From Longimicrobiales bacterium (GTDB lineage Bacteria > Gemmatimonadota > Gemmatimonadetes > Longimicrobiales > Gaopeijiaceae), in the NCBI GenBank assembly GCA_041690395.1, contig JAWLHJ010000005.1, positions 128,001 through 192,000 on the forward strand: a DNA stretch of 64,000 nucleotides, read 5' to 3'. Below are positions 9,615 to 19,064 of this stretch, in pieces. The notes under the pieces were generated by a model. The model made no database searches, had not been told where the DNA came from, and was given only the letters and a program-made list of their open reading frames with translations. The position numbers and the translations under genes were made by a program. Positions within the stretch are counted from its first letter, which is position 1; each line of letters opens with the position of its first letter.

Positions 9615-10327
9615 CGATGTCCCGGGTCGATCTCTTCCTCGCCATTGCGCTCGCCGCGGTCACGTCGCTTCCGGAGCTCGTCTCGGCGCAGGCCGCTCCC
9701 TGGCCGACCGAAGTGGTCGAAGACGTCGTCCGGCTCGTCTCGGACCAACTCGATGCTCCCGCCGACGAGATCGTGCTCGAGTGGGGGCCCTACCGTGGCG
9801 AACCGGTTCGTCGGGATGCCCCGGTGGAGTTGAAGGGGAGTGGCGCGGGCGGGTACTGGATCGTGCGTACGGAGCAGGTGGATGGTGGAAGCGCCAGCGT
9901 CCGCGTGCGAGCCGGCCGACGCTTGGTCACAGCCGTCGCGGCGCGGAGCGTGGCCCGCGGTGCGGCGCTCACCGCTGAGGACATCACCACGGAGCCTCGT
10001 CTGGCTTGGGGACGGGTGGAGGCGGATTCGTCGTCGGTCCGATCCGGTTGGGTCGCACAGCGTCCCTTGAGGCCGGGCGACGAGCTCGTCACTCCGGCCG
10101 TGCGCCCTCCGTTGGCGGTGCTGTCGGGGCGTCCTGTGGAGATCCGATGGGATCGGGGGTCGGTACGGGTCATCGTGGCGGGAATCGCCTCCGGCTCGGC
10201 GTCCGTGGGAGAGCGCGTGACCGTCCGCACCTCGTCCGGCCGACGGCTGGTGGGCGTGGTCGAGGGATCGGGCATCGTGGACGTGAGCGCTCGAGGAACC
10301 CCCTTATCCGGAGGTGGCGCACGATGA
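9611..10327 (+). CDS. flgA: P-ring assembly chaperone FlgA
   Basis: Signal peptide and SAF-like C-terminal region; flgG-flgA-flgH order. Confidence 0.8.
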   Translation: MTMSRVDLFLAIALAAVTSLPELVSAQAAPWPTEVVEDVVRLVSDQLDAPADEIVLEWGPYRGEPVRRDAPVELKGSGAGGYWIVRTEQVDGGSASVRVRAGRRLVTAVAARSVARGAALTAEDITTEPRLAWGRVEADSSSVRSGWVAQRPLRPGDELVTPAVRPPLAVLSGRPVEIRWDRGSVRVIVAGIASGSASVGERVTVRTSSGRRLVGVVEGSGIVDVSARGTPLSGGGAR

Positions 10328-10908
10328 GAACCTCGATGGGCATGCCGGTGGCGGTGTGCGTGGCTGCCTTACTCTTCGGCGCCGCAGCCGCCTCGTCCCA
10401 GGAAGTCGCGCCGGTGAGGAGCTCCTGGACATCGGACGCCTTTCCGGTGCGTGCCGGGGATATCGTGACGATCCTCATCGACGAGTTCACCGTGGCCAGC
10501 GCCGACAGGGACGAAACGAACGCGCGTGAGCGAGATCGCGACGTCGGAGTTCGGGCGAACCCGTCCGGCACGTCGCTCGGCGGCGGGCTCCGTACGCAGA
10601 ACGACGCGTCCAACCGCACGCGAGGGTCTTCGTCTCGAAGGGAACGGTTCACGGCGGAGCTCAGCGCTCGCGTGGTGGAGCTTCTACCCAACGGTGTCGC
10701 TCGGGTCGAGGGGACCAAGCGGGTCCAGATCGACAAACACGAGCAGGAAGTGCTCGTGCGCGGCTTCGTGAGGATCCAGGACATCACCGCGGACAACACG
10801 GTGCCTTCCTGGAAGATCGCGAACGCCGAGCTCGTCTATGACTCCAACGAGGAGCTCGGCAAGGCCGGTGGTATCTGGTCGAAGCTCCTGGACCTGATCG
10901 TGCCATGA
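10324..10908 (+). CDS. flgH: Flagellar L-ring protein FlgH
   Basis: GDIVTILIDE, VVELLPNG, GFVR..DI..DNTVPSWKIANA. Confidence 0.9.
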   Translation: MRTSMGMPVAVCVAALLFGAAAASSQEVAPVRSSWTSDAFPVRAGDIVTILIDEFTVASADRDETNARERDRDVGVRANPSGTSLGGGLRTQNDASNRTRGSSSRRERFTAELSARVVELLPNGVARVEGTKRVQIDKHEQEVLVRGFVRIQDITADNTVPSWKIANAELVYDSNEELGKAGGIWSKLLDLIVP

Positions 10909-12026
10909 TACGCTGGACGGGGGAAACCGCAGCGGGTGTCGAGGAAGCGCCCCTGAGCAACGCGACGCTGCGACGGATGGAGGCCTGGATGCATGTGGTG
11001 GCTGCCATCGTGACGCTCGCTCTTCTGGTCACGGCGGTAGCCGTGGGCGCGCAGGAGACGCGCATCAGCGATCTGACCGTGGGCGGGGGCGAGGTTCCCG
11101 TCCGACTCGTCGGATACGGCCTGGTCGTCGGGCTCGACGGCACGGGTGACCGGGTGGTCGGGGGGTTCTCCTCGGGCCATACCGTGCGCTCCGTCGCCAA
11201 CTTGCTCAGGCGGTTCGACGTCGAGGTTCCGGAGAACATGCTCCGGACCCGGAACGTCGCGGCAGTGCTGGTGACGGCGGAGGTATCGCCGTACCTGCGT
11301 CCTGGAGGGCGCTTCGACATCCATGTCTCCTCCTTGGGAGATGCCCAATCCCTTCGGGGCGGGGTCCTGTGGATCACGCCGCTGCAGAGCGGACCTTCGA
11401 TCGATCCCGTCGCGTCGGCGCAGGGACCGCTGTTGATCAGCGAAGGTTCGGCGAGCAGCAATCGATACGCCGTCGAGACCACGGCGGCCCTGCCGGGAGG
11501 TGGGATCCTGGAGCAGCCCCTCCCCCGACTGGAGTTCGGCGTCGCCCCGGTGCTGCACCTCCGGCGTCCCGATCTCGTCACGGCGTCACGCATCGCGGAG
11601 GCGATCAACCTGAGCGTGGCCCCGGGTGTCGCGGTGGTCGAAGATCCGGGCTCCATATCCCTCACGCTGGCGGATGGCATGGAGCCGTGGGATGCGGCGC
11701 GCCTTGCCGAGATCGGCAATCTCCCGGTCCAGCCGGGCCGCTCCGCGCGCGTCGTGATCGACAGTCGGTCGGGGACCGTCATCGCCGGGGGCGACATCAC
11801 CATCGGTGAGGCGGTGGTCAGCTACGGGGAGCTGACGCTCGCCATTGGCGCATCGGCGCCCGCGGATCCTCTGGTCTTCGGAGACCTTCGCATGAATCCC
11901 GGCGCTTCGGTGCAGGACATCGCCGCCGCCCTCCACGGCGTCGCAGCGCGGCCGGAAGCCATCGCGGCGGTGTTCGAGTCGCTGCGCCAGGTCGGCGCGC
12001 TCACGGCGGAGGTGACCCTCCGATGA
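10905..12026 (+). CDS. flgI: Flagellar P-ring protein FlgI (start may be ~10977)
   Basis: LVGYGLVVGLDGTGD, NVAAVLVTA, SSLGDAQSLRGG. Confidence 0.95.
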   Translation: MIRWTGETAAGVEEAPLSNATLRRMEAWMHVVAAIVTLALLVTAVAVGAQETRISDLTVGGGEVPVRLVGYGLVVGLDGTGDRVVGGFSSGHTVRSVANLLRRFDVEVPENMLRTRNVAAVLVTAEVSPYLRPGGRFDIHVSSLGDAQSLRGGVLWITPLQSGPSIDPVASAQGPLLISEGSASSNRYAVETTAALPGGGILEQPLPRLEFGVAPVLHLRRPDLVTASRIAEAINLSVAPGVAVVEDPGSISLTLADGMEPWDAARLAEIGNLPVQPGRSARVVIDSRSGTVIAGGDITIGEAVVSYGELTLAIGASAPADPLVFGDLRMNPGASVQDIAAALHGVAARPEAIAAVFESLRQVGALTAEVTLR

Positions 12027-12406
12027 CCGGTGCGATCGGCGGGAGCGGCGGACGCGCCGCCATCGGCCCTACCGCACCGGGACCCGGTGGAGATGGGCTG
12101 CAGGCGCTGAAGGATGGTCGGGTGGAGGGAGACGCCCAGCGGCTTCGAACGGCCACCCAACTCCTCGAGGGCACCTTCTATCAGGAGGTCTTCAAGGCCA
12201 TGCGCGCCACGGTGCCAGAGGGGGGGATGGTGTCCGGCGGATCCGGTGAGGAGATCTTCACGGGGATGCTGGATCAGACCGTCGCCGACGCGGCCGCGGC
12301 TCGAAACGATGGTGGTCTCGGGAGCGCTCTGTACCGGTACCTGACACAACGCATCCATGGCGGTGCTTCACCGACCCCGGGGCCGCACGGAGAAGGCGCC
12401 CCGTGA
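12023..12406 (+). CDS. flgJ: FlgJ-like rod-binding protein (no muramidase domain)
   Basis: LEGTFYQEVFKAMRATVP...IFTGMLDQ Rod-binding signature; 127 aa. Confidence 0.85.
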   Translation: MTGAIGGSGGRAAIGPTAPGPGGDGLQALKDGRVEGDAQRLRTATQLLEGTFYQEVFKAMRATVPEGGMVSGGSGEEIFTGMLDQTVADAAAARNDGGLGSALYRYLTQRIHGGASPTPGPHGEGAP

Positions 12407-12936
12407 TCGCCCAGACGGTGGGTGCCGAGGAGCCTTCGGTCAGTGTGAGCAGCCGTCGCGACCGCTGGCCGGAGCTGGGTGAGGCGTTCGATACGGAGCG
12501 TCGCCTCCTCGGCGAGCTGATACGTATCCTCTTGCATCAGCGGGAGGGCTTGTCAGGGAATGACGTGGAGATCCTCGACGACTCCGTCTACTCGGCGCAG
12601 CGCGTGCTCCTGACCCTCCACGAGGCCCGACGACGGAGACAGAGCCTGCTCAAGCTCCTCCTTCCGGGGGAAGCGGTGAATCTGTCCTCCCTGCGTGACG
12701 AGCTCGTCGGAGCACCGGCCGCGACGCTGGAGGCACTCGACCGGCTCCTGGACGCGGCACAGGCGCTGCGCCGCGAGCTCGGCATCAATCGCACCGCGAT
12801 TCAGGGCGCCGCCAGCATCGGAGACGGACTGATCCGGGCGCTCACGCGTTCGGCCGGCCGGGCGACCTCGTACGCCAGACACACCGACGGAAGCCCGGCC
12901 GCTCCTTCCGGTGTGCTGCTGGACCGCCAAGGTTAG
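12403..12936 (+). CDS. flgN: FlgN-like export chaperone
   Basis: Helical protein directly before flgK; ends in LLDRQG, typical of FlgN C-termini. Confidence 0.65.
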   Translation: MIAQTVGAEEPSVSVSSRRDRWPELGEAFDTERRLLGELIRILLHQREGLSGNDVEILDDSVYSAQRVLLTLHEARRRRQSLLKLLLPGEAVNLSSLRDELVGAPAATLEALDRLLDAAQALRRELGINRTAIQGAASIGDGLIRALTRSAGRATSYARHTDGSPAAPSGVLLDRQG

Positions 12937-12945
12937 GAGGCGTCG

Positions 12946-14319
12946 ATGCCCTCTCTCGGAAGCATTCTCCAGATCGCGACCAGCGGCCTTCGGACCCAGC
13001 AGCAGGCTCTGAACGTCACCGCGCACAACATCGCGAACGCGTCGACGGAGGGGTATTCGCGACAGCGCGCGGTGCTCACCGCCACGCCGGGGGTGCACCT
13101 GGCCGACGGGGTCTTTGGCAGCGGTGCCGGCGTCTCCGACATCCAGAGCGTACGCGATGGGCTCCTGGACGCGGCGTATTTTCGTGAGGTGTCCGCCTCC
13201 AGCGAGTTCGATGGCCGCGCGGCGATGCTGGGGCGTGTCGAAGGGCTCTTCGAGGAGCCGTCGGAGCTCGGCCTGGCCGCCGCCCTCGACCGCTTCCATT
13301 CAGCTTGGAGCGAGCTGTCGGCCAACCCGTCCAGCAGCCCGGTCCGCACCGTGCTGCGACAGACCGCGTCGGTGCTGACCCGGCAATTCCACGAGCTGGC
13401 GGCGGGTCTCGACACCATCCGCCAGGAAGCCGAGGCCCGGCTCCAACAGGGCGTGGATTCGGCCAACTCGCTCATGTCCCGGATCGGAGACCTGAATCGC
13501 CAGATCGTGTCCACCGAATCAGACGGCACGACCGCCGGGGATCTGCGGGACGCTCGAGGCCGTGCCCTCGCCGAGCTCGCGGATCTGCTGCCGATTCAGG
13601 CCGTGGAGCGCGACAATGGAAGTATGGGTGTCATCATATCCGGCGTCACGGTGGTCGACGGAGCGGAGTCGTTGAGTCTCGAGGCTCGGGCCTCCGGGGG
13701 GGGCTGGGAGATCGGCGTCGTCGGGCGCACGGGGGCGCTGGGCGACGGTGGACGACTGGGTGGCCTCATGGATGTGGTCAACTCGGACTTGCCGGAGGTG
13801 AGACAAGGCCTCGACGATCTCGCCGCGGCTCTCGTGGAGGAGACGAATCTTCTCCATCGGACGGGGACCAATCCCGACGGCGGGACCGGAATCGACTTCT
13901 TCGACCCGGCCGGCCTGACGGCCTCTTCCATCGGACTGTCCGCGGAGGTGCGGGCCGACGCGGGAGCGATCGCCGCGGGTACACCGGACGGAAGTGGTGA
14001 CTACCGTGCCGGTGCGAACGATGTCGCTCTGGGACTGGCCGCACTCCGGGACGCGACACTCGGGTCCTTGGGCGTGTCGGGCGCCGAGCACTACCGGGGG
14101 CTGGTGTCCTCGGTCGGTGTTGCCGTACGTTCGATGGATCAAGCCGCTGAATCCCACCGGATTCTCGCGGACCAGGCCGACATTCGACGGATGCGGGTCA
14201 GTGGGGTCTCCGTGGACGAGGAGCTCGTCAAGATGATCGAGTTCCAGCGCGCGTATCAGGCCTCCGCCCGGGTCATCAGCGCGGCCGACGAGATGCTCCA
14301 GTCCTTGCTGGCGGTGTGA
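12946..14319 (+). CDS. flgK: Hook-associated protein FlgK
   Basis: AHNIANASTEGYSRQR and SGVSVDEELVKMIEFQRAYQASAR. Confidence 0.96.
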   Translation: MPSLGSILQIATSGLRTQQQALNVTAHNIANASTEGYSRQRAVLTATPGVHLADGVFGSGAGVSDIQSVRDGLLDAAYFREVSASSEFDGRAAMLGRVEGLFEEPSELGLAAALDRFHSAWSELSANPSSSPVRTVLRQTASVLTRQFHELAAGLDTIRQEAEARLQQGVDSANSLMSRIGDLNRQIVSTESDGTTAGDLRDARGRALAELADLLPIQAVERDNGSMGVIISGVTVVDGAESLSLEARASGGGWEIGVVGRTGALGDGGRLGGLMDVVNSDLPEVRQGLDDLAAALVEETNLLHRTGTNPDGGTGIDFFDPAGLTASSIGLSAEVRADAGAIAAGTPDGSGDYRAGANDVALGLAALRDATLGSLGVSGAEHYRGLVSSVGVAVRSMDQAAESHRILADQADIRRMRVSGVSVDEELVKMIEFQRAYQASARVISAADEMLQSLLAV

Positions 14320-14373
14320 TCCGATTCGATCGGCCCGCCTTCGAGGGCGGCTCCTTCAACTCGAGTTGGGTTC

Positions 14374-14646
14374 ATGCTGATCCTGAGTCGCAAGCCTGGC
14401 GACGCCGTGCTGATCGACGGTGGCATTCGCATTGTCGTCCTGTCGACGGACGGAGGAGGCGTGCGCCTGGGTATCGAGGCGCCGGCGTCCGTCGGCATCG
14501 TGCGGGAAGAGATCGCTCGGGATATCGCCGAAGAGAACGTACGGGCCGGAGCAACGCCCGAGACGCGCGCATGGCTCGAGGCGTTGGGCTCGGACCCCGC
14601 TGAACCGGCGGAGGTCACGGACGCGGACTCCGCCGACGAAGTGTGA
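14374..14646 (+). CDS. csrA: Carbon storage regulator CsrA
   Basis: MLILSRKPGDAVLIDGGIRI...VRLGIEAP..V.IVREEI. Confidence 0.95.
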   Translation: MLILSRKPGDAVLIDGGIRIVVLSTDGGGVRLGIEAPASVGIVREEIARDIAEENVRAGATPETRAWLEALGSDPAEPAEVTDADSADEV

Positions 14647-14731
14647 CCGAAGCTTCGCATCGCCACGTGGTGGAGGAGCAACGTCACGGGACATCGGCCA
14701 CTCGACCCCGGCCTGGACGGGGGCGCCGAGG

Positions 14732-15370
14732 TTACTTCGAGGCGCGGGACACCTCGAGGGACGGGAAGGAGACCGTCGCGCCGTCTGCCGTCACCGAACA
14801 CGAGCCCGCATCCATGGCGAAGACCGCCGACAGGGCGGCGGTCCATGGGCCCGGGGGCACGGGCGCCACGGAGGGGATGTCGATGTGGGCCGCCTTCGCG
14901 TCACCGCGGACCACCACGGGCCTGTCCAGTCGGTCCCAGTCGCCTCCCAGACGATCGATGAGGAGCGCCATGGCCCGGACGGTCCTGCCTGCTCCCACCA
15001 GGACTGCCGGCGTCCCGTCCGCGACCGAAACGCGAGGCGGACGGACATAACCCTTGTCGCGCGCCTTCGCGTGCATGCTGAGCGCCTCGGCCACGAGGTC
15101 CTGAGGTAGCCGGGCTTCCGCACCGGCCTCCGGATTCGCGGGAATGAGCTGAAGCAATCGGGCGAGTTGCTCCAGCTTCGCGGTCTCGTCCTGGAATGCC
15201 TCCGGTACGGGCTCCCCGAGCTGCATGAGCTGTGTCACCGCCATGAGCGAGCTGACGCGGCTGTTCAGATCGTGACACACGCCCCGGATGATCCTGTCGA
15301 CGAGCGCGCTCCAGCCGGCGCTTTCCAGGAGCGAGCCTGCGGTCGTGGGAGGATAGTCGTCCGTTGTCAC
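14732..15370 (-). CDS. DHp plus degenerate CA-domain protein, ChpT-like histidine phosphotransferase candidate
   Basis: H-box GVCHDLNSRVSSL; no N/G1/F/G2 boxes recognisable; GTG start 6 nt after GGAG; about 212 aa. Confidence 0.7.
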   Translation of the reverse strand: MTTDDYPPTTAGSLLESAGWSALVDRIIRGVCHDLNSRVSSLMAVTQLMQLGEPVPEAFQDETAKLEQLARLLQLIPANPEAGAEARLPQDLVAEALSMHAKARDKGYVRPPRVSVADGTPAVLVGAGRTVRAMALLIDRLGGDWDRLDRPVVVRGDAKAAHIDIPSVAPVPPGPWTAALSAVFAMDAGSCSVTADGATVSFPSLEVSRASK

Positions 15371-15377
15371 TCGTCGC

Positions 15378-15404
15378 TCCAGTTCACACGCGGGCTGTCG
15401 ATAC
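15378..15404 (+). promoter_or_regulatory. Putative sigma-28 promoter of motAB
   Basis: TCCA-N15-GTCGATAC. Confidence 0.5.
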
Positions 15405-15495
15405 TGGTACGTGCGGGAAGGATCCCGCGCCAGGGCATCGAGTCGGTGGGCGCGTCGCGTCGGCCGCAAGGCAAGGAAGCCACAGGGGGCCCTCA

Positions 15496-16356
15496 GTGTC
15501 TGTGTTCATTGGTCTCGGGGTCGTCTTCGGGAGCATCATCGTCGGATATACGATGCACCATGGCGAGCTCGCGATTCTCATACAGGTCAGCGAGTTCATC
15601 ATCATCGGCGGCGCCGCGTTCGGTGCCGTGATCGTGGGTAATCCACCCTCGACGGTGAAAGCGATGTTCGCGGAGACGATCGGTCTCCTCAAGCCCGATC
15701 CGTACGGCAAGGCGACGTTCCGGGACCTACTCCAGGTCCTGTACGACATCTTCTACCAGGCCCGAAGGGACGGGCTCGTCGGCGTCGAAGCGCATGTGGA
15801 GAAGCCCTTCGAGAGCGAGCTCTTCAAGCAATATCCGAGCTTTCGGGACAACCACCACGCCGTGTCTTTCCTCGCCGACACCATGAAGGTGTTGCTCACC
15901 GGTGCCGTCGAGGACCATCACCTGTCGGAGATCCTCGATCTGGATCTCGAGCAGCACCACCACGAGGCGATGGTCGTGCCCACGCGGTTGCAGGCCGTCG
16001 CCGACGCCATGCCCGGCTTCGGTATCGTCGCCGCGGTGCTCGGGGTGATCATCACCATGGGTAAGATCGGTGGATCACCGGAGGTGATCGGGAAGAGCGT
16101 CGCCGCCGCGTTGGTCGGGACCTTCCTCGGCATCCTTCTGGCGTACGGTGTGGTCGGCCCCATCGCCCAGGCCGTCGAGAACCGGGTGGTGGCACAGGAG
16201 CGCTATCTCGGCTGCATTCGTACGGCCTTGCTGTCCTTCGCGCGCGGGGACCCCCCGATCACCTCGGTGGAGTTCGCCCGCCGGAACATCGAGCCGGCGG
16301 ATCGCCCCTCGTTCGAGGAGCTCGAAGAGATGACGCGTAAGCGAGGGAAGGGGTAG
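15496..16356 (+). CDS. motA: Flagellar stator MotA (E. coli-like type)
   Basis: SEFIIIGGAA, ADAMPGFGIVAAVLG, AALVGTFLGILLAYG, VEFARR; start approximate. Confidence 0.95.
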   Translation: MSVFIGLGVVFGSIIVGYTMHHGELAILIQVSEFIIIGGAAFGAVIVGNPPSTVKAMFAETIGLLKPDPYGKATFRDLLQVLYDIFYQARRDGLVGVEAHVEKPFESELFKQYPSFRDNHHAVSFLADTMKVLLTGAVEDHHLSEILDLDLEQHHHEAMVVPTRLQAVADAMPGFGIVAAVLGVIITMGKIGGSPEVIGKSVAAALVGTFLGILLAYGVVGPIAQAVENRVVAQERYLGCIRTALLSFARGDPPITSVEFARRNIEPADRPSFEELEEMTRKRGKG

Positions 16357-16359
16357 AGC

Positions 16360-17208
16360 GTGGCCGACAAGAAAATCGTCTTCGTGAAGAAGAAGATTAA
16401 GGCGAAACACGGGCACCATGGCGGATCCTGGAAGGTGGCCTACGCCGATTTCGTGACCGCGATGATGGCGTTCTTCCTCGTGATGTGGATCATGAACATG
16501 GATCAGGGCGTGCGGGACCTGGTGCAGGGCTACTTCGAGAATCCGGTGGGCTTCAAGCGCAGCTACTCGGGTGGGCGAAACATCCTGTCCCAGGGGAATT
16601 CCATCATGAACATGGAGGTACGGCGGCAGCTCATCCTGAAGCGTCGTGAAGCGGAGGAAGGCAGGTTCCGGGAAGTCGCGGCGGAGATCGAGCGGCGCCT
16701 CGTGGGAAGCGAGTCCGGCACGCCAGAGGAGCTCGGGGTCGAAGTCGTCGTCGCGGACGATGGTCTGCGTATCGAAATGATGGAACCCAACCAGGGGGCC
16801 TCGTTCTTCGATGTCGCATCATCCAATCCTACCAGAGAGCTCGAGCAGGTTCTCCGCGTCGTGGCTGCGGAGCTCGCGGACCTGGACAATGGCGTCGTGG
16901 TCGAGGGTCACACCGACGCGACACCGTTCGGCAGCGCTGGGTATTCGAACTGGGAGCTCTCGGTGGATCGGGCGAACGCGGCGCGCCGGGTGCTGCTGTC
17001 CGGTGGGCTGTCCCCGGAGCGTCTGGTCGAGGTCCGCGGCTATGCCGATCGGCGGCTCAAGTTCGTCGATTCACCTTCGGATCGCCGAAATCGTCGCGTC
17101 ACGGTGCTGATTCCGTTCGATACCCCCGGTATGGGGGATTTCGAGGGGTGGGAGTGGTCGGAGTCGGGGGACGGGGCCGAGATCGACTCGGGGAGTGCCG
17201 ACTCGTGA
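16360..17208 (+). CDS. motB: Flagellar stator MotB
   Basis: WKVAYADFVTAMMAFF; OmpA-like GHTD...NWELSVDRA...RNRRV. Confidence 0.95.
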   Translation: MADKKIVFVKKKIKAKHGHHGGSWKVAYADFVTAMMAFFLVMWIMNMDQGVRDLVQGYFENPVGFKRSYSGGRNILSQGNSIMNMEVRRQLILKRREAEEGRFREVAAEIERRLVGSESGTPEELGVEVVVADDGLRIEMMEPNQGASFFDVASSNPTRELEQVLRVVAAELADLDNGVVVEGHTDATPFGSAGYSNWELSVDRANAARRVLLSGGLSPERLVEVRGYADRRLKFVDSPSDRRNRRVTVLIPFDTPGMGDFEGWEWSESGDGAEIDSGSADS

Positions 17209-19037
17209 GCCCGGGAGGAACGCGTTTCGACTTCCGGTGGCTCGTCCGCGTGTTCGCGGATAAGCTGGCCGAGCTCTCCGGGTCGGACAGCGTATCGGCG
17301 GCCGTGCGGCGCGCCCAGGGGGCACGCCCTGACATCCTGCTGGCGCGCGGCCCCGTCTTTCAGCGGACCGAAGTCGTGGAGGAGACGTTTTCCTTCCTGA
17401 CCCACGACCTCCTACGGTCGGTAGGGCCGCTTCGCGTGCCGGGCGACCGGCTGCCCAGGAGCCTGATGACGTTGAGGGCGGCGCTCGCCCGGTCGGGAGT
17501 GCCCGACCTCGCGGCCTTTCCCATCAGGGGTGAGGGGGAGCTGGCCGGTTGTGTCATGGCGCCGTGTGAAGGTGGATCGGCCGTGTTGGAAGATTCCGGG
17601 CCGTGGGCGGCATGCGAGTCGGCGGTATGGACGGTCAGGCTGGGCGCGGCGACGGCTGCCCTCGACGCGTTGGCCGGACGACCGGCGAGGGGCGGGGTGA
17701 TCGCCGACGTCGATGGTGTCATGACCCTCGACACGAGTGGGCGCATCCTGATGGCGCGTGGACTCTGCAGGGACATTCTGACAAGAGCCGCGGCCCCGCC
17801 GCTCGGCGCTCGTATGGAGGATCTTCTCGGCGGCGAGTCGGCGTCGACCATGTTGGCCTCCGAGGAGGCCGAGGTCGTGTGGAGCGAACACCTGTTGCCG
17901 GCCTCGGCGAGCGGGGGGCTCGCCGTCGCCATGGTCCCCGATTCGAGGGGGAGCGCTCATCGGCTCGGTCACCGTGTGGTCTGCGTGCGGGATCTGCGCA
18001 CCGACCCCGGACGGCGAGGGATCGGCCTGCGCTTCGAGCTTGTCGCCGAGGTCGCCTGGGCGCTCGACGCGTTGGGTGCGGTAGACTCGCCCGGCCAAGC
18101 CCCGCTTGCCGACCTGGTGACCGAGGCCTCTCGGCTCCTGGAAGCGGCGGCCCCGTCCGTCTCGCACCCGGGCGTCACGAGCGGTGACGAGTTGAACGAC
18201 ATCGTCCGAGCGTGCTTGCATGCCGTGGACCGGGCGCTCGCCGCGGAACGGATCCGCGTGTTCAGCTTGCTGCAGCCCGAGCTTCCGCCCGCAGCTATCG
18301 ATTCGGTCTCGCTCTACAGGGCACTGCGCCGACTCATCGACCGCGCTCGGGCCTCGCTAGGGGGAAGAGGGGGGTCTCTGACGCTCAAGACGGGTAAGGT
18401 GGACGACCAGCCTTACGTTACGGTCTCGGATGACGGCGCGGGCCGGCTCGCGAACGACGGCGGAGACAACATCGGCCTGCCGCTCTTCCGGCTCGCCGAG
18501 CCGAGCTCGGAGACCGACACCATCGAGGTGCGTGCCTTTCTCGAGCGGATCGGAGCGAAGCTGCTGTTGGAGAGCCGGCCGGGTCTGTGGACCCGATCCA
18601 CCGTGCTGCTTCGGGCCGTGCCCGCTCGGACACTTCCCGAAGAGAGGCCGAGAGGGGGCACGCCGGATGCGGGGGGACCCACTGTTCTGTCCGTGCTCGT
18701 CGTGGACGACAACCCTGCGCTGAGGAGCGTGCTTCGCCGCTACCTGGAGCGTCGGGGGCACGAGGTGACCGAGGCGTCCGACGGAAACGAAGGACTGACT
18801 GCCGTGGCCCAGAAGGACTTCGATCGACTGATCGTGGATGTCCACATGCCCGGGAAGGGAGGCCCGGAGTTCTACGAGGGGTTGGGCGTGTCCGCGCCCC
18901 AGCTGCGGCCGCGTACGATCTTCATGACCGGCGGATACGTGGAGAGCGCCATCGAGCGCTTCATCGTCGAGTCCGGGCGGCCTGCCCTCTCGAAGCCCTT
19001 CGACCTCGAAGAGCTCGCCCGGGCCGTCGAGGCCTGA
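17205..19037 (+). CDS. Degenerate histidine-kinase-like protein with C-terminal receiver domain
   Basis: REC intact (VVDD, DVHMP, T, KP); VSDDGAG G1-like box; no H-box or N-box; GTGA overlap with motB. Confidence 0.75.
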   Translation: MSPGGTRFDFRWLVRVFADKLAELSGSDSVSAAVRRAQGARPDILLARGPVFQRTEVVEETFSFLTHDLLRSVGPLRVPGDRLPRSLMTLRAALARSGVPDLAAFPIRGEGELAGCVMAPCEGGSAVLEDSGPWAACESAVWTVRLGAATAALDALAGRPARGGVIADVDGVMTLDTSGRILMARGLCRDILTRAAAPPLGARMEDLLGGESASTMLASEEAEVVWSEHLLPASASGGLAVAMVPDSRGSAHRLGHRVVCVRDLRTDPGRRGIGLRFELVAEVAWALDALGAVDSPGQAPLADLVTEASRLLEAAAPSVSHPGVTSGDELNDIVRACLHAVDRALAAERIRVFSLLQPELPPAAIDSVSLYRALRRLIDRARASLGGRGGSLTLKTGKVDDQPYVTVSDDGAGRLANDGGDNIGLPLFRLAEPSSETDTIEVRAFLERIGAKLLLESRPGLWTRSTVLLRAVPARTLPEERPRGGTPDAGGPTVLSVLVVDDNPALRSVLRRYLERRGHEVTEASDGNEGLTAVAQKDFDRLIVDVHMPGKGGPEFYEGLGVSAPQLRPRTIFMTGGYVESAIERFIVESGRPALSKPFDLEELARAVEA

Positions 19038-19064
19038 CGCGAAGCTCGGGTGAGTCCGGACCCT

